Source of the DNA: Candidatus Latescibacterota bacterium
GTDB taxonomy: Bacteria; Latescibacterota; UBA2968; GCA-2709665
Direction: 5' to 3'
Length of the DNA: 64,000 nucleotides
Assembly: GCA_963662665.2 (NCBI GenBank)
Contig: CAXXJS010000040.1
Coordinates: 96,001 to 160,000, forward strand
The stretch's first letter is position 1; each line of letters starts with the position of its first letter. The position numbers and the translations under genes were made by a program. Shown here one piece after another: positions 39,146 through 50,102 of this stretch. The notes under the pieces were generated by a model. That model had not been told where the DNA came from. It made no database searches and saw only the letters and a list, made by a program, of their open reading frames with translations.

Positions 39146-40251
39146 AACACGGGAATGCAGCAACCATCGCCGCGCTCGCGCTCTGTACCTGCGTGCTGTC
39201 GTGCGGGCCGCGGGAGGACGCCGATACGGGCGGGCGGGCCGACCAGGGCGTGGATACGCTCCGGGCCGTACCCGTCGAAGCCAGGGTCGTGCGACGGAAA
39301 CGCGTGGAGGAGTCGGTCGAAGTCGCGGGCGTTATTCAGCCGCACGGCGCGGTGGACGTGGTCGCCGAGACCGGCGGGCGCCTGACGGACGTCAGGGCCG
39401 AGGTCGGCGGGCGGGTATCGGCGGGGGACACCCTGGCCGTTATCGACGACCGCGTGGCCCGGAGCCGCCTGGAACATGCCATAGCGCAGGTCCTATCCTC
39501 GGAAAATAAACTGAATATCGCGCGATTGAATTTCGAAAGCGACCGGCAGCTTCTGGATTCCGGTGACATCTCCAGGCTGGCGTTCGAGACGTCCCGGTTT
39601 GCCGTCAAGTCCGCGGAGGCCGAATTGAAATCGAACCAGGCCGAACTGAGTCGTGCGCAAAAAGGGTTTGAAGACACCCGGCTGATGAGCCCGATCGACG
39701 GATGGGTATCCAGAAAGCACGTCGAGCCTGGAGCGATGATATCCACCGGCGCACCGGCCTATCGGGTTGTCAATCTGACAACCATGAAGATCGCCCTGGG
39801 AATCCCCCAATCGGCCATCGGCCGCATCCAGGCAGGCGGCCCCGTACGCATTGCCGTATCGGCGCTGGGTCACCGGGGGTTCGATGGTTACGTCCGCTAC
39901 GTCTCCCCGCAGGCCGAAGAGGAAACCGGAGCGTTTCCCGTTGAAGTCCACGTGGCCAACACGACCGATACGTCGATCCGCGGGGGAATGTCGGCCCGCT
40001 GCCGTGTGATGCTGGGCGGATCGAGTCCTCAGATCGTTGTTCCCGGCAACACGGTCCTCGCACGAAACGGCAAAGAGCATGTCTATCGGATCCGGAAGGG
40101 CATCGCGCGCCTCACCGAGGTAACAACCCGCGAAACGTTTGGCTCGCGGGTTTCGGTGGAAACCGGGCTCGCGGAGGGGGACACGATTGTCGTTGGTGGC
40201 ATGCTGCGTCTGGGCGTGGAAACTCCCGTGACGATTCGCGCCTTTCGGTGA
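39142..40251 (+). CDS. RND efflux periplasmic adaptor subunit
   Basis: Lipoprotein-like LSC, SPIDG, GLAEGDTIVV. Confidence 0.88.
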   Translation: MKHGNAATIAALALCTCVLSCGPREDADTGGRADQGVDTLRAVPVEARVVRRKRVEESVEVAGVIQPHGAVDVVAETGGRLTDVRAEVGGRVSAGDTLAVIDDRVARSRLEHAIAQVLSSENKLNIARLNFESDRQLLDSGDISRLAFETSRFAVKSAEAELKSNQAELSRAQKGFEDTRLMSPIDGWVSRKHVEPGAMISTGAPAYRVVNLTTMKIALGIPQSAIGRIQAGGPVRIAVSALGHRGFDGYVRYVSPQAEEETGAFPVEVHVANTTDTSIRGGMSARCRVMLGGSSPQIVVPGNTVLARNGKEHVYRIRKGIARLTEVTTRETFGSRVSVETGLAEGDTIVVGGMLRLGVETPVTIRAFR

Positions 40252-40296
40252 GTCGAACGGACAGCGTAAGGATCCGGCACATGAGGCATTCCTGAT

Positions 40297-43200
40297 ATGT
40301 CGATAGCGAAATTCTCGGTACGAAACCCGGTATTGGTGAACCTGGTCATGGTGGGTCTGCTCTGCTTCGGCGGCATCAGTCTCTTCAGCATGCCTCAGGA
40401 GATGAACCCGCAGATCGACTTCAACTGGGTGATTGTCTCGATCCCGTACCCGGGCGCCAGTCCTGAAGAGGTGGAGAGCCTGATTGTCGTCCCCATCGAA
40501 GCGGAAATCCACGACCTGAACAAGATCGATGAGTTGCAGTCCACGGCAGACGCGGGCCTGGCCCTGTTCCTCGTCAAGTTCGAAGACATGTCGGAGTCCG
40601 AATTCAGGGAGATCTACACGGACCTCAAGGGGCGTATCGACCGGGTAGCGCTCCCGGAAGCGGCAGAGGACCCGGAGGTGGACGACTTCGACAGCGGCGA
40701 TTTTCTGCCCGTCCTCACAGTCAACATGGCATTCACGATACCGGAGGAAAATGCCCAGATTGTTGCCGACGATCTCGAGGATGACCTGAAAAACATATCG
40801 GGCGTCGCCAGGGTGCAGGTTGCGGGCCTTCCTGAGCGGGAAATCTGGGTCGAGGTCGATCCCTCCCGGCTGGCTGCCCGCGGCCTGACGGTTCTGGACG
40901 TGGTCCGGGCGATGCAGGCGAGAAATCTGAACGTGTCCGGAGGCACCCTCACCTACCGTGCGAAGGAGTACGCCATCCGGTCCCTGGCGGAATTCCGGAG
41001 CGTGGAGGAGATTCGCGAGACAATCGTCCGGACGGCTCCCCGGGGGGAGACCGTCAGAATCAGTGACGTCGCCAGGGTCCAGGACCGTCGCGAAGAGCCC
41101 CAGGTCCTCTCCCGGCTGAACGGCAATCCGTCCATCACATTCTCTCTATCGAAGACAACCGACGCGAATACGAACGACATGATCCTGGCCGTCAAGGAAA
41201 CGATCCGCAACTACGAGGACCGCGTACCGGACGGTATCAGCTTCAGCTTTACCGACGACAATTCCGTCTACATCAACCGGGTGATCGCGGCGCTTCGGAA
41301 CAACGCGGTCACGGGCATGGTGCTTATTTCACTCGTACTCTGGCTTTTCCTGGGATCCTGGAACGCCTTTCTGGCAACGCTCGGGATACCCATTTCATTC
41401 TTCATCACCTTCATTCTTCTAAACGTTTTTGGCTATACCATTAACGGGAGTACGCTGTTCGCGATGGTGATGGTACTGGGCATCATTGTGGATGACGCCA
41501 TCATCGTGATCGAGAACTGTCACCGTTACCGGCTGCAGGGCCACAGCGCCGGCGAGGCCGCCATCCTGGGCGCGGGCGAAGTGACAACGCCGATCCTCAG
41601 TTCCGTAGGCACCAACATTGCCGCCTTCCTTCCCTTGATCCTGTTGCCGGGCGTGATGGGAAAGTTCATGCGGATCATCCCGTTGACCTTCGCGCTGGCG
41701 CTGGCCGCTTCCCTGTTCGAGGCGTTCGTCCTTCTGCCTTCGCACTACGCCGAATGGACCCGGCGGTCCAAAGCCCACAAGAGAGGCGAACAGCCGTTTT
41801 TCAGAAAACTCCGCAGAATCTACGGTCGAATGCTCATCCGCACGCTGCGGCGGCGCTACTGGGTTATCGGCGCCCTGGTCGGCGTGCTTGTCGGCGCCGT
41901 GATGATCCTCGGCCAGCTCCCCATCGACATCTATGCCGACGATGAACTGGACGCGTTCAAGGTGCTCATCAAGTTCCCCGAAGGAACCAGCCTGCACGAG
42001 TCGGACCGCGTCACCCGCGCCTATGAGGCCGAGGCCCTCCGGCTTTCTGATGAGGACGTCGAGGGCGTCGTCGTGAACGTCGGTCTCCTGCAGAGCAACA
42101 ACGAGTGGCTGACGCGGAAGAGCGTCTCCCAGGTCCTTGTACAGCTCAAGCCCAGAGAGAAACGCGTGAGAATGTCGGACGAACTGATCGACATGCTCCG
42201 GGAGCGCACGGAGCACATCGAGGGACCCGCTTCGGTCGTCTTCGAGGCATTTGCCGGAGGGCCGCCCGAAGGCAAACCGATTTCCGTGAAGGTTCAAGGT
42301 CGTTATCTCGACCAGATGAAGGAAGCGGCGCTTGTGCTTCAGGACTCGCTGCGCCGGATCCCGGGCACGCTGGAAGTGACCGACGACTTCCCGCCCGGCA
42401 AGGAAGCGATCCGGATCGAAGTGGACGAAGTCAGAGCGGCGCTGTACGGTTTCTCGGCGCAGGACGTGGCCATGAACGTTCGGTACGCGTTCGACGGAGT
42501 CAGGGCCACGACGTTCAGGGATGGAGACGAAGAGGTGGGCGTCATCGTACAGTACGACAGAGCAAACCGGTCGACCGTAGAAGACGTGCTGAACGTACAG
42601 GTGACGAACTCAAGCGGGGCGACGGTCGCACTGCGAGACATGGTCACCTTCTCAATCGGTCCGGGACGCACGAAGATCAAGCGCTTCGACCGGAGGCGGA
42701 CCATCATCGTCACCGGCGAGATTGACGAAGCAATATTGACATTGGATCAGATCAACGGCAGAATGCTCGAGATCTTCCCATCGATCGAAGCTCAGTATTC
42801 AGGCATAAGCTTCCATATCGGCGGGGAGTTTACGGATTTCCTGGAAGCGTTCGATAACGTCGTGGCACTGTTCATCGTCAGTCTGATTCTGATGTTTCTG
42901 ATCCTGGGAACCCAATTCAATTCCTACGCTCAACCACTGGTGATCCTGACTTCCGTACCCTTCGCGATCATCGGTGCGCTGCTCGGTCTGTTGATTTCGG
43001 GCAACCCGTTCAGCCTGACTTCGGTTTTCGGATTCGTCGCCCTGGCGGGAATTGTCGTCAACGACGCCATTGTGATGGTGGCTTTCATGAACAGACGGCG
43101 ACGCGCCGGCGGGTCCGTGACGAACATCTGGCGGAGCATTGTGAACGCGGGGCGGCTGCGACTGCGACCGATCATCCTGACTTCCGTGACGACGATATCG

Positions 43201-43413
43201 GGCCTGCTGCCGATGGCGATCGGCCTCGGCGGAAAATCGGGCCTATGGTCGCCGCTTGCGAACGTGATCCTTTTTGGATTGCTCGTTTCAACCGTCCTGA
43301 CGTTATTTGTCATCCCGTGCTTCATGGCGGCCCTGGACGATATCAAACGCGAGCGCAAAAAGGCGCGCCTGCGGGAGCCCGCGAAGTCTCCAGGGACAAT
43401 GGCTCACCGATGA
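40297..43413 (+). CDS. RND efflux permease (AcrB family)
   Basis: GIIVDDAIIVIEN, GIVVNDAIVM, RLRPIILTS. Confidence 0.92.
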   Translation: MSIAKFSVRNPVLVNLVMVGLLCFGGISLFSMPQEMNPQIDFNWVIVSIPYPGASPEEVESLIVVPIEAEIHDLNKIDELQSTADAGLALFLVKFEDMSESEFREIYTDLKGRIDRVALPEAAEDPEVDDFDSGDFLPVLTVNMAFTIPEENAQIVADDLEDDLKNISGVARVQVAGLPEREIWVEVDPSRLAARGLTVLDVVRAMQARNLNVSGGTLTYRAKEYAIRSLAEFRSVEEIRETIVRTAPRGETVRISDVARVQDRREEPQVLSRLNGNPSITFSLSKTTDANTNDMILAVKETIRNYEDRVPDGISFSFTDDNSVYINRVIAALRNNAVTGMVLISLVLWLFLGSWNAFLATLGIPISFFITFILLNVFGYTINGSTLFAMVMVLGIIVDDAIIVIENCHRYRLQGHSAGEAAILGAGEVTTPILSSVGTNIAAFLPLILLPGVMGKFMRIIPLTFALALAASLFEAFVLLPSHYAEWTRRSKAHKRGEQPFFRKLRRIYGRMLIRTLRRRYWVIGALVGVLVGAVMILGQLPIDIYADDELDAFKVLIKFPEGTSLHESDRVTRAYEAEALRLSDEDVEGVVVNVGLLQSNNEWLTRKSVSQVLVQLKPREKRVRMSDELIDMLRERTEHIEGPASVVFEAFAGGPPEGKPISVKVQGRYLDQMKEAALVLQDSLRRIPGTLEVTDDFPPGKEAIRIEVDEVRAALYGFSAQDVAMNVRYAFDGVRATTFRDGDEEVGVIVQYDRANRSTVEDVLNVQVTNSSGATVALRDMVTFSIGPGRTKIKRFDRRRTIIVTGEIDEAILTLDQINGRMLEIFPSIEAQYSGISFHIGGEFTDFLEAFDNVVALFIVSLILMFLILGTQFNSYAQPLVILTSVPFAIIGALLGLLISGNPFSLTSVFGFVALAGIVVNDAIVMVAFMNRRRRAGGSVTNIWRSIVNAGRLRLRPIILTSVTTISGLLPMAIGLGGKSGLWSPLANVILFGLLVSTVLTLFVIPCFMAALDDIKRERKKARLREPAKSPGTMAHR

Positions 43414-43446
43414 CCACCGGCGCGTGATACACGCAAAGGAGACTGT

Positions 43447-44331
43447 ATGCCACTGACCGAAGCGGAACTGAGACAATACGAGGAACAGGGCGCCGTCACT
43501 GTAGACAGCCCTTTTACAACCGCCCAACTCGACCGGGCGGAAGCCGCGTGGGACCGGCTGACGGAAAGCGGCCGGCCGCATTACGAAGAACCGGACTACC
43601 TTGACGTCTTCCAGCACCCGTTCTTCGAGGAAGTGGCCATGGATGTATTGCGCGCGGACGCCGTACATCTGTGGTGGGGCGTGTCCCCCCATGGGCGATC
43701 TCCATCGAATGCGCCATTCGGAAGCGTACGCGACCAGTGGGGCGGCGGATGCCATACCGACATTCAGGCCACGTGGGACGATTTCCAGGCCACGCCCCGG
43801 AGAATGCGTGCGGAGCTCTGGTTCTGGCTCAATGACGTGCCGGCGCATCGCGGCGCAATGCGCGTGATTCCCGGCAGTCACCGCCCGATTATGGAATACT
43901 GGAACCGCGTCCTCACCCCGGAGCACAAGGCCATGCTTCCTCGCGTCCACGGCGTGCGCCCGCGTCCGGCGGAAGGCGCGGGGTCCTACCCGGAACACGT
44001 TCCCGACCTGACGGATACCCCCTGGCTGGAGCAGGATCCGGCGCCCATGGTGGCCCGCCGGGGGCAGATGCTGGTCCTGTGCAGTTCCGGCCTGCACTCG
44101 GCCTGGCAGAACGAGGACTCGGTGCCACGCAAGGCGATGCTATCCGCCTGGGCCGCTTCGGGCGTTTCCTGCGGACTTCCGAAGGGCCAGCGCGACGCGC
44201 TGATGGATTTCTTTCCCCGGCTGCGCCGGAGACTGCGGCCCGACCGGGCGCACATCGTTCCGGAGGACTTCGATTGGCTCTTTGAGAGCAACTACGAGCC
44301 GAAGTGGCCCGAGACGTTCATCGGGACATAA
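43447..44331 (+). CDS. Phytanoyl-CoA dioxygenase (PhyH) family protein
   Basis: HTD, GAMRVIPGSH and distal LHS facial triad. Confidence 0.85.
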   Translation: MPLTEAELRQYEEQGAVTVDSPFTTAQLDRAEAAWDRLTESGRPHYEEPDYLDVFQHPFFEEVAMDVLRADAVHLWWGVSPHGRSPSNAPFGSVRDQWGGGCHTDIQATWDDFQATPRRMRAELWFWLNDVPAHRGAMRVIPGSHRPIMEYWNRVLTPEHKAMLPRVHGVRPRPAEGAGSYPEHVPDLTDTPWLEQDPAPMVARRGQMLVLCSSGLHSAWQNEDSVPRKAMLSAWAASGVSCGLPKGQRDALMDFFPRLRRRLRPDRAHIVPEDFDWLFESNYEPKWPETFIGT

Positions 44332-44393
44332 GTACGGGCTGCTCAGCCGTATTTTGACGCAGAGCAAACAGAGCGTCACCTGGAGGAAGCACA

Positions 44394-45630
44394 ATGCAGG
44401 CGATGGATCGCAATCGATTCCTGGAAGAGGGCTACCTTGTCGTAAAGGAAGCCATTCCCCGGGAAAAACTGCAGGACGTCCGACGAGCCTGCGAAACGCT
44501 CGTGGACCGGCAACGCGAACACTGGAAGGCCATGCGAAAGGAAGGAGACCCGCCGGGCGGCGAGTGGGAGTCCGGCCCGCAACCCCGTCTGATGCTCAAC
44601 CGGCCGCCGCTGGTCAACGGAATCAGCGAGGAGACGGCGCCTGCCGCGGAGGTGTGGCTCGAGCCGCAATATCCAGGGCCTCAGCTCACAGCTTCTGGGC
44701 GTAGCCGACGCGTCGGTAACCGAAATGATGATGATGTGCAATCCGGTTCGGGACCACGGCCCCGCCAAGTGGCATCGCGACCACCACCCCATCGACACCG
44801 CCCCCCTCCAGGGGTATATCGACGACATCCTCGAAGGGGGACCCCGTTACGTCCAATGGAACATACCGCTTTACGACGACAACGTCCTGGTGGTGGTTCC
44901 GGGCAGCCACGTGCGGTTCAACACGAAAGAGGAAAACGAGTACCTGCTTGCCGATCCGTGCCAGCCATTGCCGAACGGCGTCCGGACCCACCTGGAAGCT
45001 GGAGACGGCGTGGTCTACATCCTCCCGCTTCTCCACTGGGGCAGCAATTACAGCCCCAGGTTGAGACGGACCATACACGGCGGATTTTCCACGCACACGT
45101 CGATCGACGATCTCTCTTTCGCGGATCACCTTTCGACGGGAACGGCAGCCGCGTTCGGGCGATGGAATGACCGGACCCGGGAAATGAAGGGACACTCGGA
45201 GAAAGCGCTCAGGGCGGTTGTGGAATGCGACGGAGAGGCGTACATCGGGGCGCTGAACGGGCTTCATCCGGACAGGGGCGAAAAGGGAAGGTTGCTCTCC
45301 ACCGTCTTTCTATGCAAGGCGGCTCTGGCGATCCGGCTTGCGAAGAACCCGCCATTTCCCGACGTTCCGGAAGAACTTTCCCGACGGCTGCGGGGCGCAC
45401 ACCCGATCACCCTGAGCTGGGGTCCCGATTTTGCCGGGCGATTCAGCGCATCGGAGGGGGAGATATTGTGGAAGCGGTTCGAGCCGCTGGACAGGCTGCT
45501 CCGGTCTGACGCGGAGCATTTCGTACCGGGATTTCAGTCAGGACCGATGAAATACCACTTCAACGAGATGCCGGAGAATTATACGACCTCGGACTTCATC
45601 GCGGGATGGGGTTCGCAACCGGAAGCGTGA
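44394..45630 (+). pseudogene. PhyH family dioxygenase with a single frameshift near 44667
   Basis: FLEEGYLVVK frame up to EVWLEP; continues in another frame as NIQGLSSQLLG...WHRD...VVPGSH...LHWGS. Confidence 0.8.
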
Positions 45631-45632
45631 CA

Positions 45633-48548
45633 CTAAAACACGAAGATGTCCTTGAGACCGACCTCGCTGACGGAACCGTAGTTTTCCAGCGCCGGGAGGT
45701 CGATTTTATCTTTGTCACCCACTATGGAGATCAGTTTAACTCTGTTCTTCAGGTTCCGGCCGTAGAACGCCAGCATGTCGTCCATTCCGGCGGCCTGGAT
45801 TCTCTCGAAACGCGACTTTCGTGGATCCACGGGAACGCCCAGCCGTTCCCAGGAACGTACGGATCCCAGGACCCGCCGAAAGCTGATTTTGTTTGTGCGA
45901 TATCTGTTCAGTATAGACGTGCGGGCTTCTTCAAACCGCTCGGGCGTGACCGGCATGTTATCCATCAGGTCGATAAACGCCTGGACGGCTTCGATCGTCT
46001 TGTCGGGCTGGCAGGCGATGGATCCCGACATGAGGTTCTGGTCTCCCTTCCGGTCGCCATTGAAATAGCGCGCCCATGCCGAGTAGGCCAGCGCGCGGGC
46101 TTCCCGCAGTTCCTGGAAGACGATTCCGCTCATCCCGCCGCCGAAATAGCTGTTATAGAGCTCGGCGGCGGGAACGGAAGCCTCATTGAAATCTTTATCG
46201 CCGAATTCTATATATACGAGCGCCTGCGCAAGCGGTTTGTGGAAGAACCGAATCTCGGTTTGCTCCGGAGTCCGCGCCTTGTAGAACCGGTACGGCGGCG
46301 GGTCCTCAAGGGCTCCCGGGACTGGACGGAGTTTTTTCAGGACTGCCAGGACCTGTTGTAAAGGCAGGGAGCCGGTATAGGCGATCGTGTGTTTGTATCT
46401 GAACAGACCGCGGACCAGCCCATGGAGTTCCTCAAGCGTGAGTTCCCGCAGGGCTTCGTTGGGCAACGTGCGCAGATAGCGGGAGTCCTTACCGTATCTG
46501 TTGAACAGAACAACACCGCCCTGAATGGTACGGTGGTTCTTTTTCGCGTCTTCGCGCTCTGCAAGAACGATCTTCACGAGTTCATCCAAAGTAGATTTGT
46601 CCGCGGATGGATTGTTGACAAGCTCCGCCATAAGGGCAAGCGAAGGCTCGATGTTTTCATCCAGCCCGGAGATGGTTACGCTTGTTTCGTTGTTACCGGC
46701 AGACATGGAAAACTCGGTACCGAGCTTGTACCACTCCTTCTTGAGGGCGTCCGAGGCGTGACGTCCGGTTCCGGACTTGTCGAGCAACCGGGCGGCCATT
46801 CCCATCCTGTTGTTCTGGTTGTTGCCCATGTCCACTGTGAAGGTCAGGGAGAAGAGGTCGTTGATGGGGTTCCGGGAGTAGTAGAGCCGGACGTCATCGT
46901 GGTAATCGGCAATCTGGTAGTCTTTGCCCGGATCGACAAAGGAAGGTTCGATTTCCTCGGCCGGCATGGCCAGCACATTGCCGGCGAAAACAGACTGGCG
47001 AGTGGCGTCGATGTTGATCTTGTCGATCCGGGGCTTCTGAATCCTGGGAATCTCGTGCTGTTCATCGATCCGGTATCCCGCGACGTAATCGCCTGCGAAA
47101 TACTCCCGCGCGACACGGATGACATCGTCTTTGGTGACCCGTTCCAGACGGGCGATCTCACCGGTTGTATGCTTCCAGTCCTGGAGTGCAAGGAACGAAT
47201 TCCGCATCCGGCGCACGCGGGCGTTGTCCGATTCCATCTCTCGTTTTTCGTTCTTCTTGAAGTCGGTGACGATGGCGGGCAGTATCCAGTCTTCAAACCG
47301 GCCGCTCCTGATAATCTCAAGCTGATCGATCAGCAGTTGTTCCACTTCTTCAAGGGTCTGATCCTTCTTTGGAATGCCCCAGAGATACTGTGCGCCGCCG
47401 TCGTTGTACAGTGAGGGATACGAACCCGACCGCCGGACCTTCTGTTTCTGATTGAGATTCAGATTGATCAGACCGGCGGTGGCGTTGTCCAGAATCATAT
47501 CCAGGAGTCTGAGCGCGTCCGCGTCCTGATGATTCCTGGATGCCGTCCTGAACGCCAGAAGCACGTATTCCTCACCCTGGAACCCCACCTGCACCCTCTC
47601 GGCGCCGCTGAGGGGCGCCTCCTTCCAGTCGGGCAACTGCGGCAGAGGTCCGGGCTCCCACGCCGAGAAGTGCTCGTCGATCAGTTTTATGGTTTCGTCG
47701 ATCCGGATGTCCCCCGAAATGACGATGGCCATGTTGTTCGGCACGTAGTAGGTATTGTAGAACCAATACATGTTTTTCAGCGATGGATTCTTCAGGTGTT
47801 CCACTTTCCCGATCGTGGTCTGCTGGCCGTAGGGATGCTTCTTGAAGAGCAAATCGGCGACGGCGTATATGATTGCCCGGTCTTTGTTGTCCATGGACCG
47901 GTTTTTCTCTTCATAGACCGTTTCCAGTTCGGACTGAAAGAGCCGGAAGACGGCGTTCCGGAAGCGTTCGGATTCGATTGCCGCCCAGTGGCGCAGCCGG
48001 TTGGCGGGCAGATTGATTCTGTAGACGGTCTCTTCGTGCCAGGTATGCGCGTTCAGCCCGGTACCGCCCATGGCCTTGTAGAGTTTGTCGATTTCATTGG
48101 GAATGGCGTACTGCGCGGCAAGCTGGGATTCCTTGTTGATCTCGGCGTAGATGGCTTTCCGTTTTTCCGGATCGGTTTCGCTGAAATGCTCCTCGTAGAG
48201 ACGGGTGATATTGTCGAGGTGCGCTTTCTCCTTCCCGTAATCCAGGGAGCCGATGCTCTTCGTGCCCTTGAACAGCATATGTTCAAGGTAGTGCGCCAGT
48301 CCGGTGGATTCTGCCGGGTCGTGCTTACTGCCCGCCCGAACGATGATCTCCGCGTAAAACCGGGGTGTCTGACGGTTTTCCGTGAGATAGACCGTGAGGC
48401 CGTTGTCCAGGCGGAAGATATGCACCGCCATCGGGTCGTCGGCGCCCGGTTCGTGAATACGTGTATATGCGCCGTCTGCGCTGGCAGCGAAAATGTTCAG
48501 AAGGGCGATGAAGAGCAGTGTGAACGACGCACATCGCAACCTATGCAT
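45633..48548 (-). CDS. M16 family (insulinase-like) zinc peptidase
   Basis: LDNGL, GLAHYLEH (HxxEH), signal peptide. Confidence 0.9.
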   Translation of the reverse strand: MHRLRCASFTLLFIALLNIFAASADGAYTRIHEPGADDPMAVHIFRLDNGLTVYLTENRQTPRFYAEIIVRAGSKHDPAESTGLAHYLEHMLFKGTKSIGSLDYGKEKAHLDNITRLYEEHFSETDPEKRKAIYAEINKESQLAAQYAIPNEIDKLYKAMGGTGLNAHTWHEETVYRINLPANRLRHWAAIESERFRNAVFRLFQSELETVYEEKNRSMDNKDRAIIYAVADLLFKKHPYGQQTTIGKVEHLKNPSLKNMYWFYNTYYVPNNMAIVISGDIRIDETIKLIDEHFSAWEPGPLPQLPDWKEAPLSGAERVQVGFQGEEYVLLAFRTASRNHQDADALRLLDMILDNATAGLINLNLNQKQKVRRSGSYPSLYNDGGAQYLWGIPKKDQTLEEVEQLLIDQLEIIRSGRFEDWILPAIVTDFKKNEKREMESDNARVRRMRNSFLALQDWKHTTGEIARLERVTKDDVIRVAREYFAGDYVAGYRIDEQHEIPRIQKPRIDKINIDATRQSVFAGNVLAMPAEEIEPSFVDPGKDYQIADYHDDVRLYYSRNPINDLFSLTFTVDMGNNQNNRMGMAARLLDKSGTGRHASDALKKEWYKLGTEFSMSAGNNETSVTISGLDENIEPSLALMAELVNNPSADKSTLDELVKIVLAEREDAKKNHRTIQGGVVLFNRYGKDSRYLRTLPNEALRELTLEELHGLVRGLFRYKHTIAYTGSLPLQQVLAVLKKLRPVPGALEDPPPYRFYKARTPEQTEIRFFHKPLAQALVYIEFGDKDFNEASVPAAELYNSYFGGGMSGIVFQELREARALAYSAWARYFNGDRKGDQNLMSGSIACQPDKTIEAVQAFIDLMDNMPVTPERFEEARTSILNRYRTNKISFRRVLGSVRSWERLGVPVDPRKSRFERIQAAGMDDMLAFYGRNLKNRVKLISIVGDKDKIDLPALENYGSVSEVGLKDIFVF

Positions 48549-48602
48549 TGGATGAATCTCCCTCTTGTTTGAATTACACTTCGCTACAAACGGATCTGAA
48601 TC

Positions 48603-49865
48603 CTACTGAAGTTCCGCGGCCTGCGCCACCACCTTTCGGAAAGCCTCCGCGTGCTCCCGGATTACCTCGGGGCGATAGTGTTTGAACCACGGGATGGAAA
48701 AGAGACGCTCCGACATACGTTCCGTCTGCGGCAAACTCCCCTCGCCCTGGCGAACGTCGGCGTCGGAATGCGCGACCCGCGTGGGTTCGCCGTGCCCGTA
48801 AACGTCGGCATCGTTCAATACCGGGTGTAGATGCATCAGCAGATTGCCACCCGCCCCGCATGAAGTCCCTTCGGCCCTCACCGCATCGCAGAACTTCCGC
48901 AACGGCAGGCCCCCGAGTTCTTCGGGTACGTAGATTCCGTGCGCGGCATACCAACCACCCATTGTGCTTCCGGAGCCTTTCGGAGGCCTGTGGGCGCGCA
49001 GCCCCGGCGCACCTTCGAGCAGGTCCCAGAAATAATTCATCGCCCTGTCAATCTCTTCCATCCGTTCCTGATAATGCTTGAGCTGGACCCGCCCCACGGC
49101 AGACGAAAGCTGATGCATCCTGTATTTGAATCCGCCCAGAGGCAAGCCTGCGAATTTCTTCAACTCGGGATTATCGATCTGTCCGGTGCGCTCGTAGTGG
49201 CCAAACGCAACCGCGCGTTCATAGATATCTTTATCGTCGGTGACCAGCATTCCCGCTTCGCCGATGGCCAGCGACTTTCCTGCCATGCACGACATTGCGC
49301 CCACGTGGCCGATCCCGCCCGTGAGTGTTCCACGGTATTTCGCGCCGTGCGCGTGGGAGACGTCTTCGATCACCTTGATTCCGCGGGCGTTGGCGATTTC
49401 CATGATTGCATCCATATCGGTTGGATGGCCGAAATAGTGGACCGCCACAATCGCCTTGGTTCTGTCTGTAATCTTCCGTTCGACGTCTGCCGGATCGAGT
49501 GTGATCGTATCCGGGTCGATATCGGCGTATACAATGGTCGCGCCGAGATTCATCGCCTGCAGGACGGATGCCCAGAACGTCATGCTCTGACAGATGATTT
49601 CATCCCCTACACCCACGCCGCAACCGAACATCGCCGAATGGATGGACGACGTACCCGTATTGTGGGCAAGCGCGTACTTCGTGCCGAACCAGTCGGCAAA
49701 TTCCTTTTCAAACTGCACCGTCACGTCCGTGCCGGACATGGCCCCGCGCCGCAACACCTCCAACGCGGCCTCTTCGTCCTCCTCAGTGATAATCGGCCAG
49801 GTGAACATATCTCGCGGATCGGTCTTCACCGCCCTTGAGCCACCCAGAATTGCCAGCTTGTCCAT
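48603..49865 (-). CDS. DegT/DnrJ/EryC1/StrS family PLP aminotransferase
   Basis: IEDVSHAHGA, SCMAGKSLAIGEAG with the catalytic Lys. Confidence 0.9.
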   Translation of the reverse strand: MDKLAILGGSRAVKTDPRDMFTWPIITEEDEEAALEVLRRGAMSGTDVTVQFEKEFADWFGTKYALAHNTGTSSIHSAMFGCGVGVGDEIICQSMTFWASVLQAMNLGATIVYADIDPDTITLDPADVERKITDRTKAIVAVHYFGHPTDMDAIMEIANARGIKVIEDVSHAHGAKYRGTLTGGIGHVGAMSCMAGKSLAIGEAGMLVTDDKDIYERAVAFGHYERTGQIDNPELKKFAGLPLGGFKYRMHQLSSAVGRVQLKHYQERMEEIDRAMNYFWDLLEGAPGLRAHRPPKGSGSTMGGWYAAHGIYVPEELGGLPLRKFCDAVRAEGTSCGAGGNLLMHLHPVLNDADVYGHGEPTRVAHSDADVRQGEGSLPQTERMSERLFSIPWFKHYRPEVIREHAEAFRKVVAQAAELQ

Positions 49866-50102
49866 CGTCGAACCTCCTCGGGAGCGTTCCACCCCCGTGT
49901 TCAAGTCAATCGAGGGAAATTCCTGGTTTTCCATACACCGCGACAACCGGTTTTATAGCAAAAAAATAACAATTCCGCAAGCGAAATATCCGGCAATCAA
50001 CCTTCTGCGATTCCCCTTGATTTTTTGCCGCGTTTTCTGAAATTTACGTCTGGTGTCCCGTCGCGGAACACCAGGGCGCATTGAACTTCACGATCGGTTT
50101 CC

